Shown: positions 8,697 to 16,586, counted from the first letter of the stretch. The stretch: DNA of 32,000 nt from an uncultured Methanoregulaceae archaeon (GCA_963841015.1 CAWJAX010000004.1:12040-44039), one strand, 5' to 3'. Notes: generated by a model not told the origin, from the letters alone. Numbers and translations: made by a program.

Positions 8697-9560
8697 ATGA
8701 GAGATATATCTGGGAGAAAAGAGAAAATGTCTGCTATGACATCAGGGGAGAAAACAGAGAGTCACACAGACCCGAAAAAATCCTGGAGATGCACCGTATG
8801 TGGTTTTGTCCTTGCAGGTGAAAAGCCGCCTAAGGGCTGCCCCGTATGCCACAGCCCGTCCCATGAATTTATTCAGGAAACGGACCGGGTACACCTCACC
8901 TATGAGGGTAAGCCATTTGATGTCCTGCTGATCAACGGCAGCACGCACCGCGCCGGAAACACCGGTTACATGGCCGATATTGCTGAAGAGTATCTCCGTG
9001 AACGGGGGGTGAGTTATCGCAGGTATAACCTGAGCGAGTACCGCATCGATCCCTGCTGGTGTTGTTATGCCGTGCGGGCTCAGTCCTGCACCTACCCGTG
9101 CCGGAACAAGTATGACGATACGCCCGCCTTCCACGAGATGCTTGTCGCATCGAAAGCCGTCATTGTTGCCTCACCGATCAACTGGAACGGTATGTCGGCA
9201 CGCCTCAAGATCTTCCTTGACCGGACGACCTGTCTTGAAAATCTCTACCACCTCAACAAACCCGGCCTGACCGAGGGGAAGGTGGCGGGTATCCTTGTCT
9301 GCGGCCACGAAGACGGAGCGATAAAGACCTCCATGGATATCTGGCTGAATTTCCAGCAGATGGGATATGTACTTGCGCCATTCGGTATTGCATTCAGGAC
9401 GCACGGGTCGCAGTTCAACAGCAGCACGGACCGGGAATTCTTCCGGAACGATGAGCTGATTGTACGCCAGACAAAGGGCGTTGTGAACAATGTGATCGAA
9501 CTCATGAGGCTCGGTAACGAATCACAGCTGAAAGGGAAACTCGTGCCGGTCACTGAATGA
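8697..9560 (+). CDS. Iron-sulfur flavoprotein / NADPH-dependent FMN reductase-like protein with an N-terminal rubredoxin-type zinc ribbon
   Basis: The N-terminus has WRCTVCGFVLAGEKPPKGCPVCHSP (CxxC-x12-CxxC). A flavodoxin-like core follows (VLLINGSTHRAGNTGYMA...VIVASPINWNGMSARLKIFLDRT) with a compact Cys cluster CWCCYAVRAQSCTYPC as in ISF proteins. The start is ambiguous (ATG at 8697, 8727 or 8736). Confidence 0.8.
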   Translation: MRDISGRKEKMSAMTSGEKTESHTDPKKSWRCTVCGFVLAGEKPPKGCPVCHSPSHEFIQETDRVHLTYEGKPFDVLLINGSTHRAGNTGYMADIAEEYLRERGVSYRRYNLSEYRIDPCWCCYAVRAQSCTYPCRNKYDDTPAFHEMLVASKAVIVASPINWNGMSARLKIFLDRTTCLENLYHLNKPGLTEGKVAGILVCGHEDGAIKTSMDIWLNFQQMGYVLAPFGIAFRTHGSQFNSSTDREFFRNDELIVRQTKGVVNNVIELMRLGNESQLKGKLVPVTE

Positions 9561-9616
9561 ATAGTAGCCAGAAGGGTATTATCCCCATGAAAGGGTATCC
9601 TTCTGAAACGAGTCCT

Positions 9617-9948
9617 GAAGAAATTTTTATAATAATCCTTTTTTTATCAACCATCGGAAAAAACGAGCCTCATATTCTCGTTCTGGCTGGGTTTCTGAGG
9701 CCAGGATGGGATAAGTTAGGTGGCAAAGTTCTCCTCAATTTAATGGCCTTTGGCGACCTTTCAGTGAGGTGCAAATCTGCCGTATTTTGGCAAACAGAGC
9801 GAATATATGGCGTATTTTCCACAGGAACCGAAAAGGAGCATAATCCAGAGATTTCAGAATTTGTCCGGTATAAAAGACGGAAAAACGGAGCCCAATTTGG
9901 GCTTATTTCCCCATTGATACCATTATCCCTCATAGCATCTTTTCCTGT
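9617..9948 (+). repeat. Intergenic repeat family, copy B (longest copy)
   Basis: It fills the convergent gap between 8697..9560(+) and 9971..10693(-). It shares the 5' blocks with copy A and the 3' blocks with copy C (GACGGAAAAACGGAGCCCAATTTGGGCTTATTTCC versus GACGGGAAAAGGAGTCCATTTTGGGCGTATTTTC). It contains the near-palindrome AGCCCAA-T-TTGGGCT. Confidence 0.8.
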
Positions 9949-9970
9949 CTCAACAATTCAGAATTAACAG

Positions 9971-10693
9971 CTAACCGTAAATCGTAATGATATAGTATAT
10001 CCCGACTACGATGAAAACCAAAGCAACCGCCCTCCGGATCCAGACCTCCGCTATTCCTATTCTCTGCACAGTTCCTTTGCACTTTCCTGCGCCTTTTACA
10101 AGAAGATATGAAATTAGAATGACCGGCAATCCTGTCGCAAGTGCGAACACCGCCGGGATGACCAGCGGATCCCCCGCACCAATCGCGAGCGGGATGAGCA
10201 TGGCAAAGAAGAGTACGGCGGAAAACGGACAGAAACTCAGCGCAAAGATAACCCCCAGCAGGAATGCCCCCAGGTATCCCTTGTCTGCAAGCCGTGCCGG
10301 TATCCCGGACGTGAACCCGGAGAACCAGTCTCCTCCGGGAAGCCGATCGAAATGGAAGATATCGAGAAGATAAATGCCGCACAAGACCAGGAACGGTCCG
10401 AGCAGAAGTTCCCCGTAATGCTGGAGTCCCAACGCCAGGGTCTGGAGATTCATCCCAAAGAATACAATAGCTGATGCGACTGCGATATACGCCGCCATCC
10501 TGCCGAGGGTGTACACGAACCCGGTGAGCAGGGTATGACGGCTGTTGTCAATCCTCTTCGAGATATAGGCAATGGCGGTGATATTGGTCGCAAGGGGGCA
10601 GGGGCTGATAGCGGTCATCAGCCCGAGGAAAAAAGCGGCAATAACAGGGACGGGGCTTTCCCCCATCGTCCCGAGAAATTGCAGGAGATCCAT
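9971..10693 (-). CDS. DsbD_2/CcdA-like membrane protein (ArsG-family-like permease or thiol-disulfide transporter)
   Basis: 240 aa with about 6-7 TM helices. Conserved Cys residues sit in helices (AISPCPLATN and ALSFCPFSAVLF), as in CcdA/DsbD-type proteins. It is the last gene of a tightly packed arsR operon, with a 1-nt gap to the upstream gene. Confidence 0.75.
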   Translation of the reverse strand: MDLLQFLGTMGESPVPVIAAFFLGLMTAISPCPLATNITAIAYISKRIDNSRHTLLTGFVYTLGRMAAYIAVASAIVFFGMNLQTLALGLQHYGELLLGPFLVLCGIYLLDIFHFDRLPGGDWFSGFTSGIPARLADKGYLGAFLLGVIFALSFCPFSAVLFFAMLIPLAIGAGDPLVIPAVFALATGLPVILISYLLVKGAGKCKGTVQRIGIAEVWIRRAVALVFIVVGIYYIITIYG

Positions 10694-10694
10694 T

Positions 10695-11195
10695 TCAGGT
10701 GAGATCCCCGTTCAGGCGCCGTGAGATAACATTTGTGAGATATGCCTTGTATTTCTCTTTATCCCCGGTCAAGTACCAGACGTCCATATTCTGTTGCCGG
10801 TGAAAACCGTTGGTATCGTAAATTCCAAACCAGAGTGAGGACCCGGTCACACCATATTTTGCTGAAAGGACAGCGTTCTCCGGCAGATCATAGTTGACAT
10901 GCGCAAAGACAAGTCGGCCTGAAACAAGTTCGTCTTTGAAATTGGCATTCACTGTTTTTTCCGCGAGGTCCCCGACTGCGATGCAGGATGAACACTGGTT
11001 GTTGCCATGAAAGTGGTAGATCTCCACCCGTTCAACGGAGCTGTTGATACCCGTTGCTCCGGGTGGTGATGTGTACTGCTGATTGACGGCAGGTAATTTC
11101 GCAGGCGAAGTGCACCCGGCTGCTAAACCGCTAGCAACAATCAGGGCGATAAACAATACTACCAGGTAAATTCGTTGAAGGTCTGTCATAATCAC
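10695..11195 (-). CDS. Secreted or lipoprotein thioredoxin-like CxxC protein (ArsF-family-like, naming from memory)
   Basis: 166 aa with a signal peptide and lipobox-like LAAGC. It has the motif YHFHGNNQCSSCIAVG (CxxC). The GTG start overlaps the upstream stop (GTGA). Confidence 0.65.
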   Translation of the reverse strand: MIMTDLQRIYLVVLFIALIVASGLAAGCTSPAKLPAVNQQYTSPPGATGINSSVERVEIYHFHGNNQCSSCIAVGDLAEKTVNANFKDELVSGRLVFAHVNYDLPENAVLSAKYGVTGSSLWFGIYDTNGFHRQQNMDVWYLTGDKEKYKAYLTNVISRRLNGDLT

Positions 11196-11467
11196 TCGTT
11201 ATCCGCAAGCAGCGAACGCATCACACCGGAAACTTCTGAAGACAGGTCGTCAGTTTGTATCAGCGAGAGGCAGCAGATAGTATCCTCCTTCATCCAGCTG
11301 ATAAGAGCAAGCTTGTCACCGTCTCTGATGTTCGCTTTTTTCCGGATCTCTTTGGGAAGCACAATCTGCCCCCGGTTATCCATTGAAAGTACTGCTTCGA
11401 CCTGGCACGCCAGATTGCTATCAGATGTACAAGATCTGTCTGAGCGGTTTGGGTTCATTTGGGTCAC
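11192..11467 (-). CDS. AbrB/MazE/SpoVT-type looped-hinge-helix DNA-binding protein with a vicinal Cys pair
   Basis: 91 aa. The SpoVT_AbrB signature is RGQIVLPKEIRKKANIRDGDKLAL, followed by EDTICCLSLI. The GTG start overlaps the arsR stop (GTGA). Confidence 0.8.
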   Translation of the reverse strand: MTQMNPNRSDRSCTSDSNLACQVEAVLSMDNRGQIVLPKEIRKKANIRDGDKLALISWMKEDTICCLSLIQTDDLSSEVSGVMRSLLADNE

Positions 11468-11850
11468 GCACTCTCATAAGCGAACTTCTGTCCCTTCTCT
11501 GTAAGCCGGTAGATGATCCAGTTACCATGCTGTTCTCCTTCTATAAGATCAACTCTTTTAAGCCCCGTGAGATGGTACGAGAGTTTCGAATCTGCAATTC
11601 CAATACAGTCCTTGATAATGCAGACACAGAGCGGCTGGATGGCAAGCAGGTAGAGGATAGTCAACCGGACAGGATCGGAAAGTGCGTTATGTATCGCGCT
11701 CATCTCCATGATATTTTTTGGTTTCGGCAGGTGTCTGCACAGCCCATTCACCCCTCCGACTGCATCGAGATTACAGGGTACTGAAGCGGGTATATCTATC
11801 CTGTGCACGGCCTCCTTTTTGGATTTTACCGCTGGTCTTTTTATCATCAA
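11464..11850 (-). CDS. arsR: ArsR/SmtB-family metalloregulator (CVC metalloid-site type)
   Basis: 128 aa with the HTH_5 core ALSDPVRLTILYLLAIQPLCVCIIKDCIGIADSKLSYHLTGLKRVDLI. The CVC lies at the start of the recognition region, as in As(III)-responsive ArsR proteins. Confidence 0.9.
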   Translation of the reverse strand: MMIKRPAVKSKKEAVHRIDIPASVPCNLDAVGGVNGLCRHLPKPKNIMEMSAIHNALSDPVRLTILYLLAIQPLCVCIIKDCIGIADSKLSYHLTGLKRVDLIEGEQHGNWIIYRLTEKGQKFAYESA

Positions 11851-11919
11851 AAAATCCCCCGGCTATTTCAAACAAACATGAAATGCGTAGCTATAAATAT
11901 CTTGCCCGACAATTTTGGA

Positions 11920-11935
11920 TTCAATTAAATTTGAA
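11920..11935. promoter_or_regulatory. Palindrome TTCAA-TTAAAT-TTGAA, candidate ArsR operator in the arsR/ATPase divergent region
   Basis: It is a perfect 5+5 inverted repeat with a 6-nt spacer. The same TTCAA-N6-TTGAAAT architecture recurs at 15430..15445 upstream of the second arsR. A TATA-like CTATAAATAT lies at 11891-11900. Confidence 0.4.
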
Positions 11936-12117
11936 ATTTCCTGAATGAGGATGACGAATAGTGGCTCTCTGTGAAGGATGCGTTGGGTGGGGCGAGGATC
12001 CCCCGGCTCTTTTTTTGAAACGGCAATAATTTTGGAAATATTTCGCTTAAGATACAGAATTGGAAATCTATCTTTCAAAATCACGATGATATCGGATTAA
12101 CAAAGAGGAAAATATCC

Positions 12118-14420
12118 ATGGATAAAAACGATCTTAAACCGGCGATTGAGACAGTCACGCTCCAGATTGGTGGAATGGACTGTACCTGCAACGCCGATCT
12201 GCTAGCCAGAAAACTGGATGCTCTCACCGGCATCCGTAGCCACGAGATTACGCCGGTTACCGGCCAGGCCCGGGTCAGCTACGATCCCGAGGTTATCAGC
12301 GTCCAGGAAATCATAAGGACCGTCGCGGAGGCGGGGATGACAGCCTCACAGATCCGCAGCGAGGGACGGACGAGCACCTGGTGGCGGGAGCCACAGCAGC
12401 TGGCACTCTATGGTTGCGGGATTATCGCCCTCATCGCGTTCATCTCGGGCTACTCCGGTGCTCCGATCCTTGTCACCAATGGGCTCTACCTGCTCGCCGT
12501 CATTGTCGGGGTCTACTACCCGGCACGGAAGGCGCTGATCGCACTTCGCGCCATGACGCCAACGATCCACCTGCTCATGCTGATCGGCTCGGTCGGCGCG
12601 ATGGCACTCGGACTCTGGGGCGAAGCTGCTGTCCTGATCTTCGTCTACTCGCTCGGCGACGTCCTCGAGTCCTATGCCGTGGACAAGGCCCGCGGTGCGA
12701 TCCGGTCGCTCATGGAGCTGATGCCGAAAGAGGCGCTGGTCAGAAGAAACGGTTGCGAGTCTGTCTGTGCGGTTGAGTCGATCGGTGTCGGCGAGGTTGT
12801 CATCGTTCGTCCGGGCGAGCGGATCCCAGTCGATGGCACCGTTGTCGCAGGGTCGTCTTACGTAAATCAGGCTGCAGTTACCGGAGAGCCCGTGCCGGTA
12901 CGGTGCGAACCCGGCTCTGATGTTTTCGCCGGGACGATCAACCAGAACGGGTCTCTCGAGGTCCGGGTCACCAAGCCGGCGTCCGAGACGATGCTCTCGC
13001 GGATCATCCTCTCGGTTGAGGAGGCACAAGCACAGCGGACCTCGTACCAGCGGTTCTCGGACTCCTTCGGAAAATGGTATACGCCGGCAATGTTCGTCCT
13101 CGGCATACTCGTCGCCACCGTACCGCCGCTCTTCTTCGGCGCCGAATGGTACCCGTTCATCTACCGTGGGCTCGTTGTCTTCGTGGTCTCGTGTTCATGC
13201 GGTCTCGCCCTCTCGGTCCCCGTCGCAGTGGTGGGAGCGATGGCAAACGCAGCAAAGCAGGGAACGGTCTTCAAAGGCGGGGTCTATCTCGAGACGGTCG
13301 ATAAGGTGAAGGTGATCGCTTTTGACAAGACCGGGACCCTTACCATCGGCCGTCCTGCGGTTACGGATGTTGTAACTTTCGGTGATCTCCGGGAGGATGA
13401 ACTGCTCGACCTTGCCGGATGCATCGAGTCCAGATCCGGCCACCCGTTGGCAGCCGCAATCGTCCGGAAGGCTAAAGAAAGCGGTAAGTTCTCAGCCAGA
13501 CCTGCCTGAGAACTTCGATGAGATTGCAGGACGTGGGGTCTCGGCCACTATCGATGGACAGGCCTTCCGGATCGGCAGCCCCAGTGCCCTGCTCGAACAG
13601 GGTGTTGATACCCGCCGGGCTGAAGAAGACATTGTCCGGCTTGAGAACGAAGGCCGGACCGTTGTCCTGGTCAGTCGCGACGGTTCGCTCGCCGGACTTA
13701 TCGCGATTGCCGATGAAGTGCGGGCCGGTGCAGTCGAGGCCCTGCAACGCCTCTCCCGTGCCGGTGTCCGGACCATCATGCTGACCGGTGACAATGAGCG
13801 GAGTGCGCAGGCTATCGCACACCGTATCGGCGTTGACGAGTACCGGGCCCATCTCCTGCCAACTGACAAGGTCGACGTTGTGCGGCAGCTCAGGAAACAG
13901 TACCGGACCGGTCGCCATGGTTGGCGATGGGATCAATGACGCACCGGCCATGGCCGTTGCGGATGTCGGTATCGCCATGGGTGCGGCAGGCACGGATATC
14001 GCGATCGAAGCCGGGGACATTGTCCTGATGTCCGACGACCTCGGAAAGATCGCGTACGTCCGGGAGCTCTCCCACCGGACCGTTTCCACGATCCGGCAGA
14101 ACATCGCTGTCTCATTGATCAACGTCGCGTTCATGGTTATCGCAGCCCTCCTTGGTTACCTCGGTCTGGTCACGGGCTTGCTCCTCAACGAGGCGAGCGC
14201 TGTCTTTGTGATCCTGAACGCCCTGCGGTTGCTGAAATGGAAGAGCCCGGCAGATACCGGGAAACCGGTGGTTACGGGAGTAACTGTCACCGCTCAAGGC
14301 AAACCGAAACGGTTCCGATGGAAACGCTGGCGTCACCCGCGAATGGGGGAACCTGCTGTTCCTGCACGGAGACAACCCCGGTTGTGTCAAAGTCAATCCC
14401 AGAAACCACTAGTGCGGTAG
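12118..14420 (+). pseudogene. Heavy-metal (P1B-type) translocating ATPase with an N-terminal HMA domain and an atypical CSC TM motif; interrupted by at least 2 frameshifts
   Basis: Three consecutive ORFs (12118..13509, 13382..13939, 13788..14420) carry successive P1B parts. These are the HMA domain (GGMDCTCNADLLARKL), the TM core with VVSCSCGLALSVP (13192-13200) where CPC is normally found, DKTGTLT, HPLAAAIV, MLTGDN and [14 protein letters not shown], followed by the last TM helices. Frame changes occur at about 13470-13510 and about 13903-13910. Confidence 0.85.
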
Positions 14421-14788
14421 AATCCTGTTGTTCCTGCACAGCCTCACTCGCTGAAGCACCGGCCCCGGTTGCAGAGGTTGCAAAAAGTTCCTGTTGCTGT
14501 TCCAGTGAGGCACAACCGACCGGAGCATCCGCTCCTGTTCCTAAGACCAACAATGCGAATGAACCGGGGGCATTGGAGATTGCAAAGTTCCGGATCGAAG
14601 GGCTTGGTTGTTCCTGTGAAGGCCAGATCGTTGAGAAGCAGGTAAAATCTCTTCGTGGGATTGTCAGCTTTCGGTCTGAACCCCATCACCAACAAAATGA
14701 AGGTCAGTTACGATCCCTCGATAGTTTCTATCCAGGATATTGAAGCAGCGGTGACAAAAGCGGGTGTAACTGCCATACCCTTGAAGTA
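14318..14788 (+). pseudogene. Cys-rich (3x CC[S/C]C) protein with a C-terminal HMA domain (GCSCEG metal site), carrying one frameshift; it is either a separate metallochaperone or the C-terminal domain of the ATPase
   Basis: The sequence reads [18 protein letters not shown]...ESCCSCTA...SSCCCSS...AKFRIEGLGCSCEGQIVEKQVKSLRGIVSF. After a TTT run (14669-14671) the HMA fold continues in another frame: GLNPITNKMKVSYDPSIVSIQDIEAAVTKAGVTAIPLK*, with the stop at 14786-14788. Confidence 0.65.
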
Positions 14789-14860
14789 AAAATGACGTAT
14801 CAAAAACATGGGCAGGGAATCATCTGGCCAGATACTTGTAGACTGATGTATTATTCCATA

Positions 14861-14880
14861 TATTTTTAGTATAAAAAACC
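14861..14880. terminator. Possible bidirectional oligo-T terminator between convergent genes
   Basis: TATTTTTAGTATAAAAAACC gives a T5 run on the plus strand and a T6 run on the minus strand, in the AT-rich gap between the HMA gene and the second arsR. Confidence 0.3.
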
Positions 14881-14972
14881 TGATGAAAAACTCAATCACT
14901 TTTTACGTTGATTTTCGTCAAATTACACGTCTAAAACAGTTATTAATCAGGATTATTGAGCATATCCTGACG

Positions 14973-15371
14973 TTACTTCTCCAGACGTTCTGTGCACTTC
15001 AGCGCCTGGCGCCCATTATCAGTGATGGAATAGATGATCCAGTTTCCCTGTTGTTCACCGACAATGAAGTCCTGTTCTTTAAGGATGCTGAGGTGATAGG
15101 ATAGTTTTGAGTCTGCAATTTTAACGACCTCTTTAATGACACAGACACAAAGCGGCTGGGAAAGAAGGGAGTACATAACGGTGAGCCGGATAGGGTCCGC
15201 AAGTGCCTGGTGGAGCCGGCTGCTTGCATGAAGTGCAGATGCATCTGGTATCCGGGCAAGAAGTCCTTCCATCCCTCCTTTTTTTTCGAGTTCTTTTTGT
15301 ATAGTCTCCGGGAGATCTTTGGAAAATTCGCAGCATTTTTCCTTCATGGAAGGCGTCCGTTTCCGTGCCAT
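14973..15371 (-). CDS. arsR: ArsR/SmtB-family metalloregulator (second copy, CVC type)
   Basis: 132 aa with ALADPIRLTVMYSLLSQPLCVCVIKEVVKIADSKLSYHLSILKEQDFI. It is a close paralog of 11464..11850 in the HTH region. An N-terminal KCC pair is present. Confidence 0.9.
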   Translation of the reverse strand: MARKRTPSMKEKCCEFSKDLPETIQKELEKKGGMEGLLARIPDASALHASSRLHQALADPIRLTVMYSLLSQPLCVCVIKEVVKIADSKLSYHLSILKEQDFIVGEQQGNWIIYSITDNGRQALKCTERLEK

Positions 15372-15429
15372 GGCAGATTCAAATTTATATGAAATAACAA
15401 ACTATATATGTTTTCCATAACAATGATGT

Positions 15430-15445
15430 TTCAAGAAAATTTGAA
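15430..15445. promoter_or_regulatory. Palindrome TTCAA-GAAAAT-TTGAA, candidate ArsR operator in the arsR2/permease divergent region
   Basis: It is a perfect 5+5 inverted repeat with a 6-nt spacer, sharing half-sites and the flanking AAT with 11920..11935. It lies 59 nt from the arsR2 ATG and 71 nt from the permease ATG at 15516. Confidence 0.4.
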
Positions 15446-15515
15446 ATCTTTGCTGCACATGCAGCGGGAACACGATTCAACAGATTGCATACCCCAATGA
15501 GAGGTGAATAATCAC

Positions 15516-16586
15516 ATGACAGATCCCATAACCGGCTCACTCCTGCTGGGGTGGACAACGCTGCTTGAGTACCTCTCGCAGCATGTCGTCACCTGCCTGA
15601 TCCCGGCGTTCTTTATTGCCGGTGCTATCGCATCTTTTATCAAAAAAGAAGCGATCCTGAAATACTTCAGCCCGGAAACGAAGAAGACCACTTCCTACGG
15701 GATTGCTTCGGTGTCAGGTACCGTGCTTGCTGTTTGCAGCTGTACGATTCTCCCGATGTTTGCCGGAATTCTCAAGAAAGGAAGCGGGCTTGGCCCGGCA
15801 ATCACATTCCTGTACGCGGGACCTGCGATCAATATCCTTGCCATAGTCTATACCGCAAAAGTGCTCGGGTTCGATCTCGGTATCGCCCGGGCAGTATCAG
15901 CAATCGTACTCTCGATTGTAATCGGTCTGATCATGATGAAACTGTTTCCACAGCATGACGTGGATACCACAAAAACGTTTGGCGCCGCCCGGAAAGCGGC
16001 TATCGCATGTGCGGACACCCGGCCCAATTGGGTCATTCCGGCATTCTTTATCTTCCTGATCGCGATCCTTTTGATCGGTACGTCAGCGCTGGATGTTTTC
16101 CTCAGGCTCCTGATCGTGTACTTCCTCTCCATGGCTGTTGCCTTCCTGTTGATCTACTATTTCACCCGTGAAGAAGTCACTGACTGGGGATATGAGATCT
16201 GGGACCTGACCAAGAAGATTTTCCCCATCCTGGTCATCGGTACATTCGCCCTTGGGGTCCTTGCATTCTTCATCCCCCCGGAGACGTTCAAGCCGTTCTT
16301 CGGTACCAACTCGCTGCTGGCCAACTTCCTCGCAGCCTTAGTCGGAGCAATTCTCTATATGCCCACCTTGCTTGAAGTGCCGGTCATCGGCACAACACTA
16401 GGCTATCTCTCTGGTGACATGGCAAAAGGCCCGGCTCTCTCCCTGCTCCTCACCGGCCCGAGTATCAGCCTGCCGAGCCTTCTGGTGCTGTACCGGATTA
16501 TTGGCGGAAAGAAGACCCTTGCATATGCCGGCCTGGTTGTTGGGTTTTCGACAATGGCCGGTTTCATATTCGGGAATTTTTTCTGA
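15516..16586 (+). CDS. Permease of the DUF318/ArsP-like family (vicinal CSC in a TM helix)
   Basis: About 356 aa and polytopic. It has VLAVCSCTILPMFAGILKKG, which resembles the Cys-x-Cys motif of ArsP-type organoarsenical permeases. The ATG at 15516 is preceded by GAGGTGA; the track's alternative start is GTG at 15504. Confidence 0.8.
   Translation: MTDPITGSLLLGWTTLLEYLSQHVVTCLIPAFFIAGAIASFIKKEAILKYFSPETKKTTSYGIASVSGTVLAVCSCTILPMFAGILKKGSGLGPAITFLYAGPAINILAIVYTAKVLGFDLGIARAVSAIVLSIVIGLIMMKLFPQHDVDTTKTFGAARKAAIACADTRPNWVIPAFFIFLIAILLIGTSALDVFLRLLIVYFLSMAVAFLLIYYFTREEVTDWGYEIWDLTKKIFPILVIGTFALGVLAFFIPPETFKPFFGTNSLLANFLAALVGAILYMPTLLEVPVIGTTLGYLSGDMAKGPALSLLLTGPSISLPSLLVLYRIIGGKKTLAYAGLVVGFSTMAGFIFGNFF

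Noticed and set aside
9557-9967. A 136-aa plus-strand ORF (and the first two thirds of ORF 4976..5425) that appear to encode a shared peptide, LMAFG..SVR.KSAVFWQT
   Set aside because: The shared peptide is simply the translation of the nucleotide repeat. The third copy has an in-frame stop in that frame, and the differences between copies are not biased to third codon positions. I therefore treat the element as non-coding.
11854-12008. An 11-nt direct repeat ATCCCCCGGCT (11854-11864 and 11998-12008), each followed by T-rich sequence and GAAAC/CAAAC
   Set aside because: The repeat is real, but it is short and occurs only twice. The first copy overlaps the arsR ribosome-binding region. I could not connect it to any structure or function, so it may be chance or a small local duplication.
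12346-14134. Minus-strand ORFs 12346..13029 (227 aa) and 13472..14134 (220 aa)
   Set aside because: They are shadow ORFs antisense to the P1B ATPase, whose conserved motifs ([15 protein letters not shown]) unambiguously define the plus strand as coding.
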